Positions 32,692 to 42,723 of a stretch of 64,000 bases of DNA are shown piece by piece; the first letter of the stretch is position 1, and each line of letters opens with the position of its first letter. The position numbers and the translations under genes were made by a program. This DNA is from an uncultured Alphaproteobacteria bacterium. Its GTDB lineage: Bacteria > Pseudomonadota > Alphaproteobacteria > Rhizobiales > Methyloligellaceae. The notes under the pieces are model-generated. The model had not been told where the DNA came from. It worked only from the letters and a program-made list of their open reading frames with translations, and did not search any database. Where the stretch lies: the NCBI GenBank assembly GCA_963717875.1, contig CAVQXI010000006.1:85892-149891 (forward strand), given 5' to 3'.

Positions 32692-33116
32692 AGGTTTGCT
32701 CCGATTCCGTTTTGTGATGTCGCTATCTACCCGTTCAACAGGACGCGTACATCAACTCACGCTTCACTCGGTCCAGGCTTGCCGTCCCACATGGCAAGTC
32801 AATTATTTTTTTTCAGTATATGCTCTTTGCACCAGAAAATGGCAATTTGGCGGGAACTCTTCGCTGAACTTCAACAACCAATTCTTTCCAAACGCACCAT
32901 CATGTGCCGGAAACTGTACATCGTCCCGCGCAAATGATTCGTTTTGTTAAGCAACGTGAGACGCGTCAGCGTGTGTCGCACGATGTCCGGAGACGTTCGC
33001 CGACACGCTGTTCATGCGGCAGTGCACACATGACGAACCGACAGATTCGAACAGCCGGCGGACACTGAGCGATCATTCTAGCGCGTACCGTCGAAGACTG
33101 CCGCGAGCGATGCCAC

Positions 33117-33939
33117 TCAAGGAGACGGCCACGTCGACGGCATTTGCGTCAGCGCATCGTCGAACGGGGCGACGGAGATATGCGGATCTCCGGTGAAGGG
33201 GAAATCGAAGGCAACGGCGAGCAAGAGCGACAGCGCCACCAGCGCTGCCAGCGACGCGGTCATCAGGATCTGCGCCATCAAGTTCGACGCCGCGAAAAAG
33301 GCGGGGTAGCCGAGGGTGATCGCGCCGCCGACGATCAGCACGAACCAGAGGATCGAAGGCACCGAGCCACCGGCGCTGTCCAGCCGCTCATTGCGGTTGT
33401 CAGTTATTACCGTGAGCAGACTTCAGAGCGTGGAGGTAGAGGGCGAACTGACGATCGTCCCGCGGCTGCACGGCAAAGATCGCCGAACTGAGCTTCTCGA
33501 GATCCTTGGAGACGACGTCGCTCGGCTCGCCGACGCCCATGGCCCTCCATGAATGCTCACGCACGTCTTCGACATAGGTGACGACATGTCTTTGGATGTC
33601 GGCGCCGCTCTCCTTGGGCAAGGCAAAAGCCACCCGATAGAGATCGACGGCCGCCTTCGCCTCGTCGCGCACGGCGTCCTCCGTGCCGCTATAGTCCTCC
33701 CAAACGGCGACGACCACGAAGGCCAGCATCACGGCGTAGAACACGCCGACCACCGCGAACTTAAAGCCGGCGACCTCGTTATTGAGGCTCAAGCGGCTGA
33801 CGCCATAGACATAGCGGCTGAGCAGCATCAGTCCGACCGAGTAGACTTCCGCGAGGATCACCATGACGAGCCCCACGACCCACAGCGGCGTGTCGTGCGT
33901 CAGGACGAGCAAGGAAAAATCGGACGTTTCGGCTGGCAT
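33117..33939 (-). CDS. DUF4239 membrane protein, +1 frameshift near 33420
   Basis: NNEVAGF.FAVVGVFYAVMLAFVVVAVWE..., C-terminal LW..L..G...DFPFTG. Confidence 0.8.
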
Positions 33940-33976
33940 AGGCCTCTTCCCTCCCCAACGGGGAGGCGTCCCGATA

Positions 33977-34001
33977 GGAACGCCTCGGACAGTCCGCTAT
34001 T
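33977..34001 (+). promoter_or_regulatory. Candidate general-stress ECF (EcfG/RpoE2) promoter
   Basis: GGAAC-N18-TT, ending about 40 nt before the FNT gene ATG. Confidence 0.35.
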
Positions 34002-34039
34002 TTGTTCTCAGAATAGGTTGATTCGGGGCAAGGGAGTTC

Positions 34040-34891
34040 ATGACCAAAAAAGGCGCAAGCGCAAATGAGCCCCCTGCCCCGCAGGAAGGCCTCACGCGGG
34101 AAGAAAACCGCTCGGTCAAGGAGCGTAAACGGCTGCGCGCCGCCGTGGTCTACGAGATCATCCGCCTCGAAGGCGAAGCCGAACTCGCCCGGGGCTTTCC
34201 CGCGCTGTGGTGGTCGGCGCTTGCCGCCGGCATCTCGATCGGGTTTTCGGTGCTGTCCCAGGCCATGTTGTCGGCCTCTCTGCACGACGTGCCGGGCGGC
34301 AGCGTGATCGCCGACCTCGGCTATAGCGTGGGCTTCCTCATCGTCATTCTCGGCCGCCAGCAGCTCTTCACCGAAAACACGCTGACGGCGGTGCTCCCCA
34401 TCATGGTGCGCAAGGACTGGAGCGGCATCTGGGACGTGCTGCGCCTCTGGGGCATCGTACTCGCCGCCAATGTCGTCGGCTGCTTCCTATTCGCCGCTTT
34501 CCTGGCCTTTTCCGGCGCCCTCGGTGCCGAGATGACGGCCGCGGTGACGGAGATTGGCCGCGACCTGATGGCCAACACCCCGCTTGAGATGTTCGTCAAA
34601 GGCATTGTCGCAGGCTGGCTGATCGCGGCGCTGGTGTGGATCCTGCCCTCGGCGGAAAACACCGAGATCTTCATCATCACCCTGATCACCTACATCATCG
34701 CGCTCGGCGACTTCACCCACATCATCGCCGGGTCGGTGGAGGCCATATATATGTGGCTCGTGGGTGAGGTGAGCTTTTGGCATGTGCTCGGCGGCTTCTT
34801 CATTCCCACGCTGATCGGCAATGTCGCCGGCGGCACGATCCTCTTCGCCGTGGTGAGCTACGCCCAGGTCCGCGAGGAACTGGAGGGGTAA
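34040..34891 (+). CDS. Formate/nitrite transporter family (YfdC-like)
   Basis: EGEAELAR, QLFTENT, HIIAGS, GNVAGG. Confidence 0.9.
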   Translation: MTKKGASANEPPAPQEGLTREENRSVKERKRLRAAVVYEIIRLEGEAELARGFPALWWSALAAGISIGFSVLSQAMLSASLHDVPGGSVIADLGYSVGFLIVILGRQQLFTENTLTAVLPIMVRKDWSGIWDVLRLWGIVLAANVVGCFLFAAFLAFSGALGAEMTAAVTEIGRDLMANTPLEMFVKGIVAGWLIAALVWILPSAENTEIFIITLITYIIALGDFTHIIAGSVEAIYMWLVGEVSFWHVLGGFFIPTLIGNVAGGTILFAVVSYAQVREELEG

Positions 34892-34895
34892 AGCG

Positions 34896-35327
34896 ATGAC
34901 GACACCGCTCTGGGTTCTGCTGGCATTTGCCGTTTGGACGTTGCTGGTCCTGCTTGCCGGCGTTGGCGTCCACCGCTGGAGCCGCATTTTATCCCGTAAG
35001 GCAGAGCTGACCGATTTCCCCGGCGGTGTCGTCGAGGGCACTCCTCTCTACCGGCGTGTCACCCGGGCCCATGCCAATTGCGTCGAGAACCTCCCGGTCT
35101 ACGCCGCCATTGCCCTGACCGCCGCAATTGCTGGCGTCGATACACCGCGGCTCGATCAGCTCGCCGTCGTCTTCTTGGTCGCCCGCATCTGCCAAACCCT
35201 GACCAACACGCTGTTTCGCGAGAGCAACGTCACCGTTGGCATCCGCTTCGGCTTCTTCACCGTCCAAGTCGCGGCCATGCTGTGGATGGCGGCAATCGTC
35301 GCGCGAACTGCCTGGACCTCGTCCTAG
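34896..35327 (+). CDS. MAPEG family membrane protein
   Basis: RAHANCVENLPVYA, ARICQ; 4 TM helices. Confidence 0.88.
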   Translation: MTTPLWVLLAFAVWTLLVLLAGVGVHRWSRILSRKAELTDFPGGVVEGTPLYRRVTRAHANCVENLPVYAAIALTAAIAGVDTPRLDQLAVVFLVARICQTLTNTLFRESNVTVGIRFGFFTVQVAAMLWMAAIVARTAWTSS

Positions 35328-35438
35328 CCCCCCACCATGCAGCGACGCCTCTAGCCAACGTCCCTCCCCACCACCATATCTCACTCGCACGCCGCGGCCA
35401 CGTTCCGGTCGCCATGGCGGTGCTTGGGGACCCAAGCG

Positions 35439-35948
35439 ATGGCCGAGCCGGATCAACCGTCTACAAGCTTCGCCGCACCGAATTGGTTGAGGATCGTTCT
35501 CGTCGTCGTCGCCGCTTTCCAGACGCTCGGGAGCCTGCAATTCCTTCCCGTGCTGTTCAACGATGACCCGACAATCCCCGGCACGACTCCCGGGGGCCTG
35601 CTCATCACGGCCGTCATCGTCCTGAGCCCGCTGGTCGCCGTATCCGGTTTCGTGTTCGCCCTGAAGGGGCAGATCCGTCGGGCCGTCATAGCGATCGCCG
35701 GCGTCTCCTTGCTGGACTGGATCAGCTACTTCCCCACGTTCGTGAACCATTGGCGGACTGCAAGCCTGCTGGAGTTCCCCGGGCCACTCATCTTCTTTGT
35801 TCTGCCCGTCTGTGCGCCCGTCGCCATTTTCCTGGCGTGGCGCTGGCGGTGGCCAAAGCTCGCCATCGCTTTGGGTCTTGCCCCATGGGTGTTTCGTGCG
35901 GTCATGGTGATCGTGTTTGGCATCAGCGTGATCCTCTACGGCTTCTGA
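35439..35948 (+). CDS. Hypothetical membrane protein (about 5 TM)
   Basis: Hydrophobic segments throughout, ends ..ILYGF. Confidence 0.7.
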   Translation: MAEPDQPSTSFAAPNWLRIVLVVVAAFQTLGSLQFLPVLFNDDPTIPGTTPGGLLITAVIVLSPLVAVSGFVFALKGQIRRAVIAIAGVSLLDWISYFPTFVNHWRTASLLEFPGPLIFFVLPVCAPVAIFLAWRWRWPKLAIALGLAPWVFRAVMVIVFGISVILYGF

Positions 35949-35999
35949 CCGCACCCGGCGCCTCTAGCCAAGGCCCCTCCCCGCCGCCATATTCCGACA

Positions 36000-38393
36000 A
36001 TGTCCCGCCAAGTGCCCAAGACCTTCGGCTCCCGCGCCGAGCCGCGCGCCGTCACCGGCGAAGCCAGCGGTCTGCCGCTCGGTGCCGACCGCCGCACGCC
36101 GGGCTTTGGCGAGGCGGCGCAGCCGCTGATTCAGGAGCACCCGCTGGTGACCGGGGCCGTCCCCGACTTCACGCCGCACCGGCCGCCGCGCCCCGAGAAG
36201 TCCGAAGGCGGCATCGCCCTCGACATCCAGACCGAGCTCGAGCCCAAAGGCGATCAGCCGAGCGCCATCGCCGAGCTCGTGGCCCAGGTGAACGCGCATG
36301 AGCGCGACCAGGTGCTGCTTGGCGTCACCGGCTCGGGCAAGACCTTCACCATGGCCAAGGTGATCGAGGCGACCCAGCGCCCGGCGCTGATCCTCGCGCC
36401 CAACAAGACGCTCGCCGCCCAGCTCTATGGCGAGTTCAAGAGCTTCTTCCCGGACAACGCGGTCGAGTATTTCGTCTCCTACTACGACTACTACCAGCCG
36501 GAAGCCTATATCCCGCGCACCGACACCTATATCGAGAAGGACTCGTCCATCAACGAGCAGATCGACCGCATGCGCCATGCGGCGACCCGCGCGCTGATCG
36601 AGCGCGACGACGTCATCATCGTGGCGAGCGTGTCGTGCATCTACGGTATCGGCTCGGTCGAGACCTACACGGCCATGACCTTCAGCCTGAAGCGTGGCGA
36701 CAAGGTCGAGCAGCGGCAATTGATGGCCGATCTCGTGGCGCTCCAATACCGGCGGAACGACGCGAACTTCATACGCGGCTCTTTCCGCGTGCGCGGCGAC
36801 ACCATCGAGCTCTGGCCCGCCCACTTGGACGACCGCGCCTGGCGCATCTCGCTGTTCGGCGACGAGATTGAGAGCCTGGTCGAGTTCGATCCCTTGACCG
36901 GGGCGAAGACCGACGAGTTCAGCATGGTCAAGGTCTACGCCAACTCCCACTACGTCACGCCGAAGCCGACGCTGAAACAGGCCGTTCGCGGCATCAAGGA
37001 GGAGCTGAAGCAGCGCCTCACCGAGCTGAACGGCGCGGGGCGCCTGCTGGAAGCGCAGCGGCTCGAGCAGCGCACGCTGTTCGACCTCGAGATGATCGAG
37101 GCCACCGGCTCCTGCGCCGGCATCGAGAACTATTCGCGCTACCTCACCGGGCGCAAACCCGGCGAGCCGCCGCCGACCCTGTTCGAATACCTGCCCGACA
37201 ATGCCCTGGTGTTCGTCGACGAGAGCCACGTGACCGTGCCGCAGATCGGCGGCATGTTCCGCGGCGACTACAAGCGGAAGTCCACGCTGGCCGAATACGG
37301 CTTCCGCCTGCCCTCCTGCATGGACAACCGGCCGATGCGCTTCGAGGAATGGGACGCCATGCGGCCGCAGACCGTTTACGTCTCGGCGACGCCCGGCGGC
37401 TGGGAGCTGGATCAGACCGGCGGCGTCTTCACCGAGCAGGTGATCCGCCCCACCGGACTCATCGACCCGCCGGTCGAGGTGCGCCCCGCCTCGACGCAAG
37501 TTGACGACCTCATCGACGAGACGCGAAAGGTGGTGCAGCAGGGCTATCGCGTGCTGGTGACCACGCTCACCAAGCGCATGGCCGAGGACCTGACCGAGTA
37601 CATGCACGAGCAGGGCATTCGCGTGCGCTACATGCACTCCGACGTCGAGACGCTGGAGCGCATCGAGATCATCCGCGATCTGAGGCTCGGCGCCTTCGAC
37701 GTTCTGATCGGCATCAACCTGCTGCGCGAGGGCCTCGACATCCCCGAATGCGCCCTGGTCGCCATCCTCGACGCCGACAAGGAGGGCTTCCTGCGCTCGG
37801 AGACCTCTCTGGTGCAGACCATCGGCCGCGCCGCCCGCAACGTGGACGGCCGCGTCATTCTCTATGCCGACGGCATCACCGGCTCCATGGAGCGCGCCAT
37901 GGCCGAGACCAACCGCCGCCGCGAGAAACAGATGGCATGGAACACGGCAAACGGCATCACGCCGGAAAGCGTGAAGAAGAATATCGGCGACATCCTCGCC
38001 AGCGTCTACGAGCGCGACCACGTGCTGGTCGATGCCGGCTCAGGCTTCAGCGAGGGCGAGCAGACGCCCATCGGCCACAATATCGAGAGCGTCGTCGCCG
38101 ACATGGAGAAGCGCATGCGCGCGGCGGCTGCCGATCTCGAATTCGAGGAGGCGGCGCGGCTACGCGACGAGGTCAAGCGCTTGCGCCAGATGGAGCTCGC
38201 CATCGCCAACGATCCTTTGGCGCGGCAGTCGGAGCTGGAGCGCAGCGCGGCCGAGGTCGATCTCACCAGACCGCACAAGCCGAGCCTCGACGAGATGGGT
38301 CCGCATAACCGCGAAATGCCCTTGCGGACAGCGGGTCCCCGCTCCAAGTCCGGCAAGCCCGGCACCCGCGCCTTTAAGGGAAAAAGCCGTTAA
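36000..38393 (+). CDS. uvrB: Excinuclease ABC subunit B
   Basis: [36 protein letters not shown]-terminal UVR domain. Confidence 0.98.
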   Translation: MSRQVPKTFGSRAEPRAVTGEASGLPLGADRRTPGFGEAAQPLIQEHPLVTGAVPDFTPHRPPRPEKSEGGIALDIQTELEPKGDQPSAIAELVAQVNAHERDQVLLGVTGSGKTFTMAKVIEATQRPALILAPNKTLAAQLYGEFKSFFPDNAVEYFVSYYDYYQPEAYIPRTDTYIEKDSSINEQIDRMRHAATRALIERDDVIIVASVSCIYGIGSVETYTAMTFSLKRGDKVEQRQLMADLVALQYRRNDANFIRGSFRVRGDTIELWPAHLDDRAWRISLFGDEIESLVEFDPLTGAKTDEFSMVKVYANSHYVTPKPTLKQAVRGIKEELKQRLTELNGAGRLLEAQRLEQRTLFDLEMIEATGSCAGIENYSRYLTGRKPGEPPPTLFEYLPDNALVFVDESHVTVPQIGGMFRGDYKRKSTLAEYGFRLPSCMDNRPMRFEEWDAMRPQTVYVSATPGGWELDQTGGVFTEQVIRPTGLIDPPVEVRPASTQVDDLIDETRKVVQQGYRVLVTTLTKRMAEDLTEYMHEQGIRVRYMHSDVETLERIEIIRDLRLGAFDVLIGINLLREGLDIPECALVAILDADKEGFLRSETSLVQTIGRAARNVDGRVILYADGITGSMERAMAETNRRREKQMAWNTANGITPESVKKNIGDILASVYERDHVLVDAGSGFSEGEQTPIGHNIESVVADMEKRMRAAAADLEFEEAARLRDEVKRLRQMELAIANDPLARQSELERSAAEVDLTRPHKPSLDEMGPHNREMPLRTAGPRSKSGKPGTRAFKGKSR

Positions 38394-38447
38394 CGTTTGC
38401 CGCCGCTCTCGATGTTAGAGTCCGCCTTGGCGAACGAGAGGGCGGCC

Positions 38448-38864
38448 ATGCTGCTGAAGCCTGCAAAGACCAATCTCGTCGACATCTACGACGCCTGGCG
38501 CGACCATGATCTTGATCGCATGGCTTCGTATCTGCCGAGCGACTTCTCTCACCACCTCAACATCCCGATCGAGTTGCTTGGCGTGGGCGGCGTGCGCCAC
38601 GGCAAGGAAGCCGCGATCGGGCGCCTTGCGCAAATCTTCGACAGCTTCGATACGCAGTATATCGAACCAGGCCCCATGAAGCTCGATGACATCGGGGCGA
38701 GCCTCGACGTGCAGAGCCATTGCCTCCACCGCTCCAGCCGGACCTGGCTTCATACGACCAAGAAGCACGTCTGGCTGATGGAGGATGGGTGGCCCGTCAG
38801 CCTCTCCGAGTTCTACGACCTCAAGCAGTTCGAAGCCTTCATGAAAGGCGCGCTGGCGGCCTAA
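38448..38864 (+). CDS. NTF2 / SnoaL-like protein (paralog 1)
   Basis: YDAWRDHDL..ASYLPSDF.H..IP..GG..GK...W.MEDGWP...EFYD. Confidence 0.8.
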   Translation: MLLKPAKTNLVDIYDAWRDHDLDRMASYLPSDFSHHLNIPIELLGVGGVRHGKEAAIGRLAQIFDSFDTQYIEPGPMKLDDIGASLDVQSHCLHRSSRTWLHTTKKHVWLMEDGWPVSLSEFYDLKQFEAFMKGALAA

Positions 38865-39328
38865 GCCGCCCCTTGCTGGCGGCCCTTCGCCGCCTCCTGG
38901 ATGAAGGCCGGCCAGAACTTGCGCAGTTCGTCCGGAAACATTCCGACGATCTTCACCGCCGCCCCGCGGTCGATATGCTTGGACAGCACGTCAAGCACTG
39001 CAAGCGTGCCTTCTTCCACCTCGCTATCCGTGGCGCGCGGCAGCTCCCGCGCGATGTGGCCGAGGAAGGCTTCCTCGTGGCGCTCCTTGGTGGGCTTATG
39101 GGTCGGGTCCCAGCCTTCGTAGTAGAGGCCGCGCAGCAGCATGGGCAGCTGCGCCCCGAGATGGGCCGCGCTCTCCGCGCCGATGCGGTCGCGCAACGCG
39201 TGCAACACCGCGCGCAAGGCCGAATAGGCGTGGTGACGGTCCTCCGTGTTGAGGCGGTCCATGATGTCCTTGAGCCAGAGATTGGATTCCTGGACGGTCT
39301 TGTCGAAGGTGTCGAGGCCAGTGCTCAT
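38861..39328 (-). CDS. DUF2267 family protein
   Basis: MSTGLDTFDKTVQESNLWL, AY.ALRAVLHALRDR, AQLPMLLRGLYYEGW. Confidence 0.9.
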   Translation of the reverse strand: MSTGLDTFDKTVQESNLWLKDIMDRLNTEDRHHAYSALRAVLHALRDRIGAESAAHLGAQLPMLLRGLYYEGWDPTHKPTKERHEEAFLGHIARELPRATDSEVEEGTLAVLDVLSKHIDRGAAVKIVGMFPDELRKFWPAFIQEAAKGRQQGAA

Positions 39329-39382
39329 GAGCTCACTCCTTTGGGGTAAGGCGCAAGCTTAGCGGGCCCACGGTTACGCGAC

Positions 39383-39396
39383 TTGATATGCGTCAA
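39383..39396 (-). promoter_or_regulatory. FNR/FixK box upstream of DUF2267
   Basis: TTGATATGCGTCAA; -10 TAAGCT (39356-39361, minus) puts the box centre about 41 nt from the inferred TSS. Confidence 0.65.
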
Positions 39397-39416
39397 CGGC
39401 CATTTGGCACAATCTT

Positions 39417-40352
39417 TCAGCGCTTTATCGACTTGGCCACCTCGCGCACGACCTGCGTCGCCGGCTTGTCGGTGCGCAAGCCGAGATAGACCGGGTGGCG
39501 CATCTCGCCGCCTTTGGTCCACTCGGTGAACTTGACCTCGACCACCAGCTTCGGCTTCACCCAGGTGGTGTTCGCCTCGTCCGGAATCTTCTTCTCGATG
39601 GGCTTGGCCCGCGTGATCAACGGCACGAGCTTGCCGTAGAGCATATGCAGCGTCTTCTCGTTGAACCCGGTGCCGACACGGCCTGCATATTTCCAGCGCC
39701 TGCCGTCGCGCACCGCAAGCACGAGCGCGCCGAAACATTTGCGCGAGCCCCGGGGCTTGGTGAAGCCGACGACCACCACCTCTTCCTCTTGGCTCGCCTT
39801 GACCTTCAACCATTCGCGGGAGCGCTTGCCCGAGGTGTAACGGCCGTCCGCCAGCTTGGCGATGACGCCTTCTTCGTGGGCGCGCTTGGCCTTGTTGAAC
39901 GCCTTGATGCCCTCGCCCACCACATGGGTGCTGTAGAGCAGCAGCGGGCTTTTCGGCAGGACCTTTTCGAGCGCTGCTTTGCGCTGCAACAGAGGCTGGT
40001 CGCGCAGGTCCTTGCCGTCGAGATAGAGCAGGTCGAACACGCAATATTGCAAACGTGTGGGCTCCCGCTCGGCATTCTGCAGGAGCTGGAACCGCGAGCG
40101 CCCGTGCACATCGAGCGCCACCAATTCCCCGTCGAGCACCGCCTCCTTCTTGATGGCGGCAAGTGCTTGACAGATGGAAGGATATTTCGCCGAGACGTCG
40201 TTGCCGTTGCGCGAATAGAGCGCCGCGTGCCCCGGCGCGGCGACCGCGATGGCGCGAAAGCCGTCCCACTTCGTTTCGAAGATCCAGCCGGGATCGTCGA
40301 ACGGCTTGTCGGTCAGCGTCGCCAACATCGGACGAAGGTCATAGTTCATCAT
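39417..40352 (-). CDS. ligD: ATP-dependent DNA ligase (stand-alone LigD ligase domain)
   Basis: PMLATL, ETKWDGFRA, LDGE, VFDLL, EGVIAK, WLKVK, GRVGTGF, RHP.YLGLR.DK. Confidence 0.9.
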   Translation of the reverse strand: MMNYDLRPMLATLTDKPFDDPGWIFETKWDGFRAIAVAAPGHAALYSRNGNDVSAKYPSICQALAAIKKEAVLDGELVALDVHGRSRFQLLQNAEREPTRLQYCVFDLLYLDGKDLRDQPLLQRKAALEKVLPKSPLLLYSTHVVGEGIKAFNKAKRAHEEGVIAKLADGRYTSGKRSREWLKVKASQEEEVVVVGFTKPRGSRKCFGALVLAVRDGRRWKYAGRVGTGFNEKTLHMLYGKLVPLITRAKPIEKKIPDEANTTWVKPKLVVEVKFTEWTKGGEMRHPVYLGLRTDKPATQVVREVAKSIKR

Positions 40353-40463
40353 AAATGCATTTCGCTGGTGCGAAGGCGCGGCGATAGAGGGTATCACAGC
40401 GCCCAATAGGCAGCATACGTCATATACGACTTGTGGTAGTATGCGTGTCTCATCGAGGGAGGG

Positions 40464-40904
40464 ATGATGACCAAGCCGGAGACCATCATCTGCGAGATTT
40501 ACGATGCATGGCGGGCGCAGGATTTGGCGTGGCTCGCGAGCTATCTCCCGGACGACTTCTGTCACACTATCCACATCCCCCAAGACATCCATCCTTTGGG
40601 CGGCGTCTGCCGTGGCAAGGCGGCGTCAATCGCGCGGCTCGAAGTCATCGCCGACGATTTCGAGTTTTTGCGCTTCGATACCAGCGGATTGCTTTGCCAT
40701 GAAGATCGCGCCGGCGTGGAGATTCCCATTCGCTACCGGCACCGCGAGACCGGCGCCTCGCTCGACACAATGATCGTCAACTTCTGGACGTTCGAGGACG
40801 GCTGGCCGATCAAGCTCACCGAATATCACGACATCGAGCGCATCCAGGCTTTCAGCAAGCATCTCACCGAGATCATTCCCAGCATGCAAATGCCCGACCG
40901 CTAG
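40464..40904 (+). CDS. NTF2 / SnoaL-like protein (paralog 2)
   Basis: YDAWRAQDLAWLASYLPDDF.H.IHIP...YRHRETG...WTFEDGWPIKLTEYHD. Confidence 0.8.
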   Translation: MMTKPETIICEIYDAWRAQDLAWLASYLPDDFCHTIHIPQDIHPLGGVCRGKAASIARLEVIADDFEFLRFDTSGLLCHEDRAGVEIPIRYRHRETGASLDTMIVNFWTFEDGWPIKLTEYHDIERIQAFSKHLTEIIPSMQMPDR

Positions 40905-40981
40905 GCGTGACCCGCCGCAGCGGGTCAACATCAAGGTCATCTCATGTTACGATAGAGCCGAATTTGAGATTCGGGGGGAAA

Positions 40982-41422
40982 ATGCCCGAAGCCATTTCCT
41001 CGATGCTGGAAGACTTCTACGACGCTTGGCGAGCCCAGGACCTGGACTGGTTGGCGACATACTTGCCGAGCGATTTCCGCCACACGATGCACATTCCCCA
41101 CGCCATCTATGCGGATGGCGGCGCGCTGGAAGGAAAGACGCACGTGATGGAGCGCTGGCGCCGTTACGTGCCGCAATGCGAGTTCCTGCGCTACGACTTT
41201 AGCGCGCTCCTCGTCGGCAAAGACATCGCTGCCGCCGAAATCTCCTTCGTTTACCGGCACCGCGAGACGGGCGTGACACTCGAGACCACGAAGGCCAATC
41301 TCTGGGCGTTCGAGGCGGGCTGGCCGATACGGATGACCGAGTACTACAACCTCACCGGCGTCGAGGCATTGACTCGGAGTCTCGGCCTTTGCGGCGGCTC
41401 GCGGCAGATGGCCAGAACGTAA
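40982..41422 (+). CDS. NTF2 / SnoaL-like protein (paralog 3)
   Basis: YDAWRAQDLDWLATYLPSDFRH.MHIP...YRHRETG...WAFEAGWPIRMTEYYN. Confidence 0.8.
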   Translation: MPEAISSMLEDFYDAWRAQDLDWLATYLPSDFRHTMHIPHAIYADGGALEGKTHVMERWRRYVPQCEFLRYDFSALLVGKDIAAAEISFVYRHRETGVTLETTKANLWAFEAGWPIRMTEYYNLTGVEALTRSLGLCGGSRQMART

Positions 41423-41477
41423 GTTCTTGCCTCGCGGGATCTCATCCCCGTCGCCGCAGCAGTACACCAGGGCGTTT

Positions 41478-41491
41478 TTGATCCAGCGCAA
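41478..41491 (+). promoter_or_regulatory. FNR/FixK box upstream of the candidate sRNA
   Basis: TTGATCCAGCGCAA fits TTG(A/C)-N6-(T/G)CAA; -10 TACGGT at 41514-41519. Confidence 0.55.
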
Positions 41492-41526
41492 AGAACGGTT
41501 GCACTGTCGGGGTTACGGTTCACTCT

Positions 41527-41700
41527 GGGCGGAGGGGTCGTCTCCTGTATTCGCGTCTTCCGCCTCTGCCCCGGCGGCCCGATCCGATCGGGCGAACGCA
41601 AGGATCGCGGTCCGCCGCGCGGATTCCGTCGCGCCTACCCTTCAGCCAGGTGGGTCGCCTATCGAAAGAGAAGCCCGGCACTCGCCGGGCTTCTTCTTTG
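41527..41700 (+). ncRNA. Candidate small regulatory RNA (~175 nt)
   Basis: No ATG; stems 41527-35/41563-71 and 41577-83/41587-93; terminator 41669-41699; promoter elements upstream. Confidence 0.5.
41669..41699 (+). terminator. Rho-independent terminator
   Basis: AGAAGCCCGGC-ACTC-GCCGGGCTTCT-TCTTT. Confidence 0.75.
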
Positions 41701-41825
41701 CGCGCCCCGCAGGCGCTACCCAGGCCGTCCTAAAATGGCCCGCGCATTAACCTTTTTCTAAGCGGATCAGAGTGAGATGGACGCGTACCCGAGTGGAGTA
41801 CCTAGTAGCGTAGAGGGAATCAGTC

Positions 41826-41945
41826 ATGCGCACCATCATTGCTCTTGCGGTCATCGCCGCGACTTTCGCCCTGGGCGGTTGCTTCCACCACGACCAGGCG
41901 ACGTACGTCACCGAGCTTCCGCCGGCAGCCGTACCCTATAAATAG
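41826..41945 (+). CDS. 39-aa small lipoprotein
   Basis: MRTIIALAVIAATFALGGCFHHDQATYVTELPPAAVPYK; lipobox LGGC; AGAGGGA RBS. Confidence 0.7.
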   Translation: MRTIIALAVIAATFALGGCFHHDQATYVTELPPAAVPYK

Positions 41946-42040
41946 GCCTTCCAGACCGGTTTGGGCACACGGCTCCAGCGCCCGCGTGGGCGCGATACCC
42001 GCTGTGCCGGATCGGAAGACGACAGTATTGCGTAGAAGAA

Positions 42041-42066
42041 GCCCGGCCTCAGCGCCGGGCCTTTTT
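42041..42066 (+). terminator. Rho-independent terminator
   Basis: GCCCGGC-CTCAGC-GCCGGGC-CTTTTT. Confidence 0.7.
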
Positions 42067-42247
42067 CTATACCCGATATGCCGCCAGGCGACCGCACCAG
42101 AGCGCCCATCCCTCAAGACCTTGTGAGGAGATATGAGCGGCAATTGAACGCCGGCCATGAGTGCCTGCGGCTATGGTGCCCTTCAGTTCGCAAAGCGCGC
42201 CGTCCGAAAACGCGGCCGCCACGCGAGGCAATCGAGAGGGAGACGAG

Positions 42248-42715
42248 ATGTCCACGCTCATCAAATGGCTCGAAGCGGGGAGGCAGCTTGCCGAGCGCAT
42301 CCCTTACAGTCTCGTGGCGCTGCTGGCGCGGGTTGCCGCAGCGAGCGTTTTTTGGCGCTCGGGCCAGACCAAGGTCGAGGGCTTCCTGCACATCAAGGAC
42401 ACCACGTTCTTCCTGTTCCGCGAAGAATACATGGTCCCGCTTCTGCCGCCGGACGTCGCCGCCTATCTCACGACGATTTGCGAGCACGTCTTTTCGGTCT
42501 GCCTCGTCATCGGCCTCGCCTCGCGGCTTTCCGCACTCGGCCTGATCGTCATGACGGCAGTGATCCAGATCTTCGTCTACCCCGAGGGCTGGCCGGACCA
42601 CATCCTCTGGTTCGCCGCGCTGCTTCTGATCGTGGCCCGTGGACCTGGCGCGATCTCGCTCGACCATCTCATCTGGTCGCGCGCGCAAAGCGTGCCGGCG
42701 CCCGCGCGCTCATAG
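42248..42715 (+). CDS. DoxX family membrane protein (BufD-like subtype)
   Basis: FWRSGQTKVEG, FLFREEY.VPLLPP, E...LVIGLASRLSA, MTAVIQIFVYP..WPDH..W, GPG.ISLDH. Confidence 0.9.
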   Translation: MSTLIKWLEAGRQLAERIPYSLVALLARVAAASVFWRSGQTKVEGFLHIKDTTFFLFREEYMVPLLPPDVAAYLTTICEHVFSVCLVIGLASRLSALGLIVMTAVIQIFVYPEGWPDHILWFAALLLIVARGPGAISLDHLIWSRAQSVPAPARS

Positions 42716-42723
42716 GTTCGCCG

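Noticed and set aside
32065-32950. Plus-strand RAVF/RAVL repeat ORFs, or a CRISPR-like array
   Set aside because: Antisense of the KTAR coding repeat; 12-nt codon-phased units with no unique spacers and no cas genes.
35948-36000. LexA box upstream of uvrB (also checked uvrC and ligD)
   Set aside because: No GTTC-N7-GTTC or GAAC-N7-GAAC seen.
35964-38021. 685-aa antisense ORF; similar ones at 52790-54298, 61474-62826 and 3254-4345
   Set aside because: Shadow ORFs opposite uvrB, uvrC, the kinase and mutB, produced by high-GC codon bias; no motifs of their own.
39403-39420. TTGGCACAATCTTTC sigma-54-like site
   Set aside because: The -12 GC is missing and it points into the 3' end of ligD.
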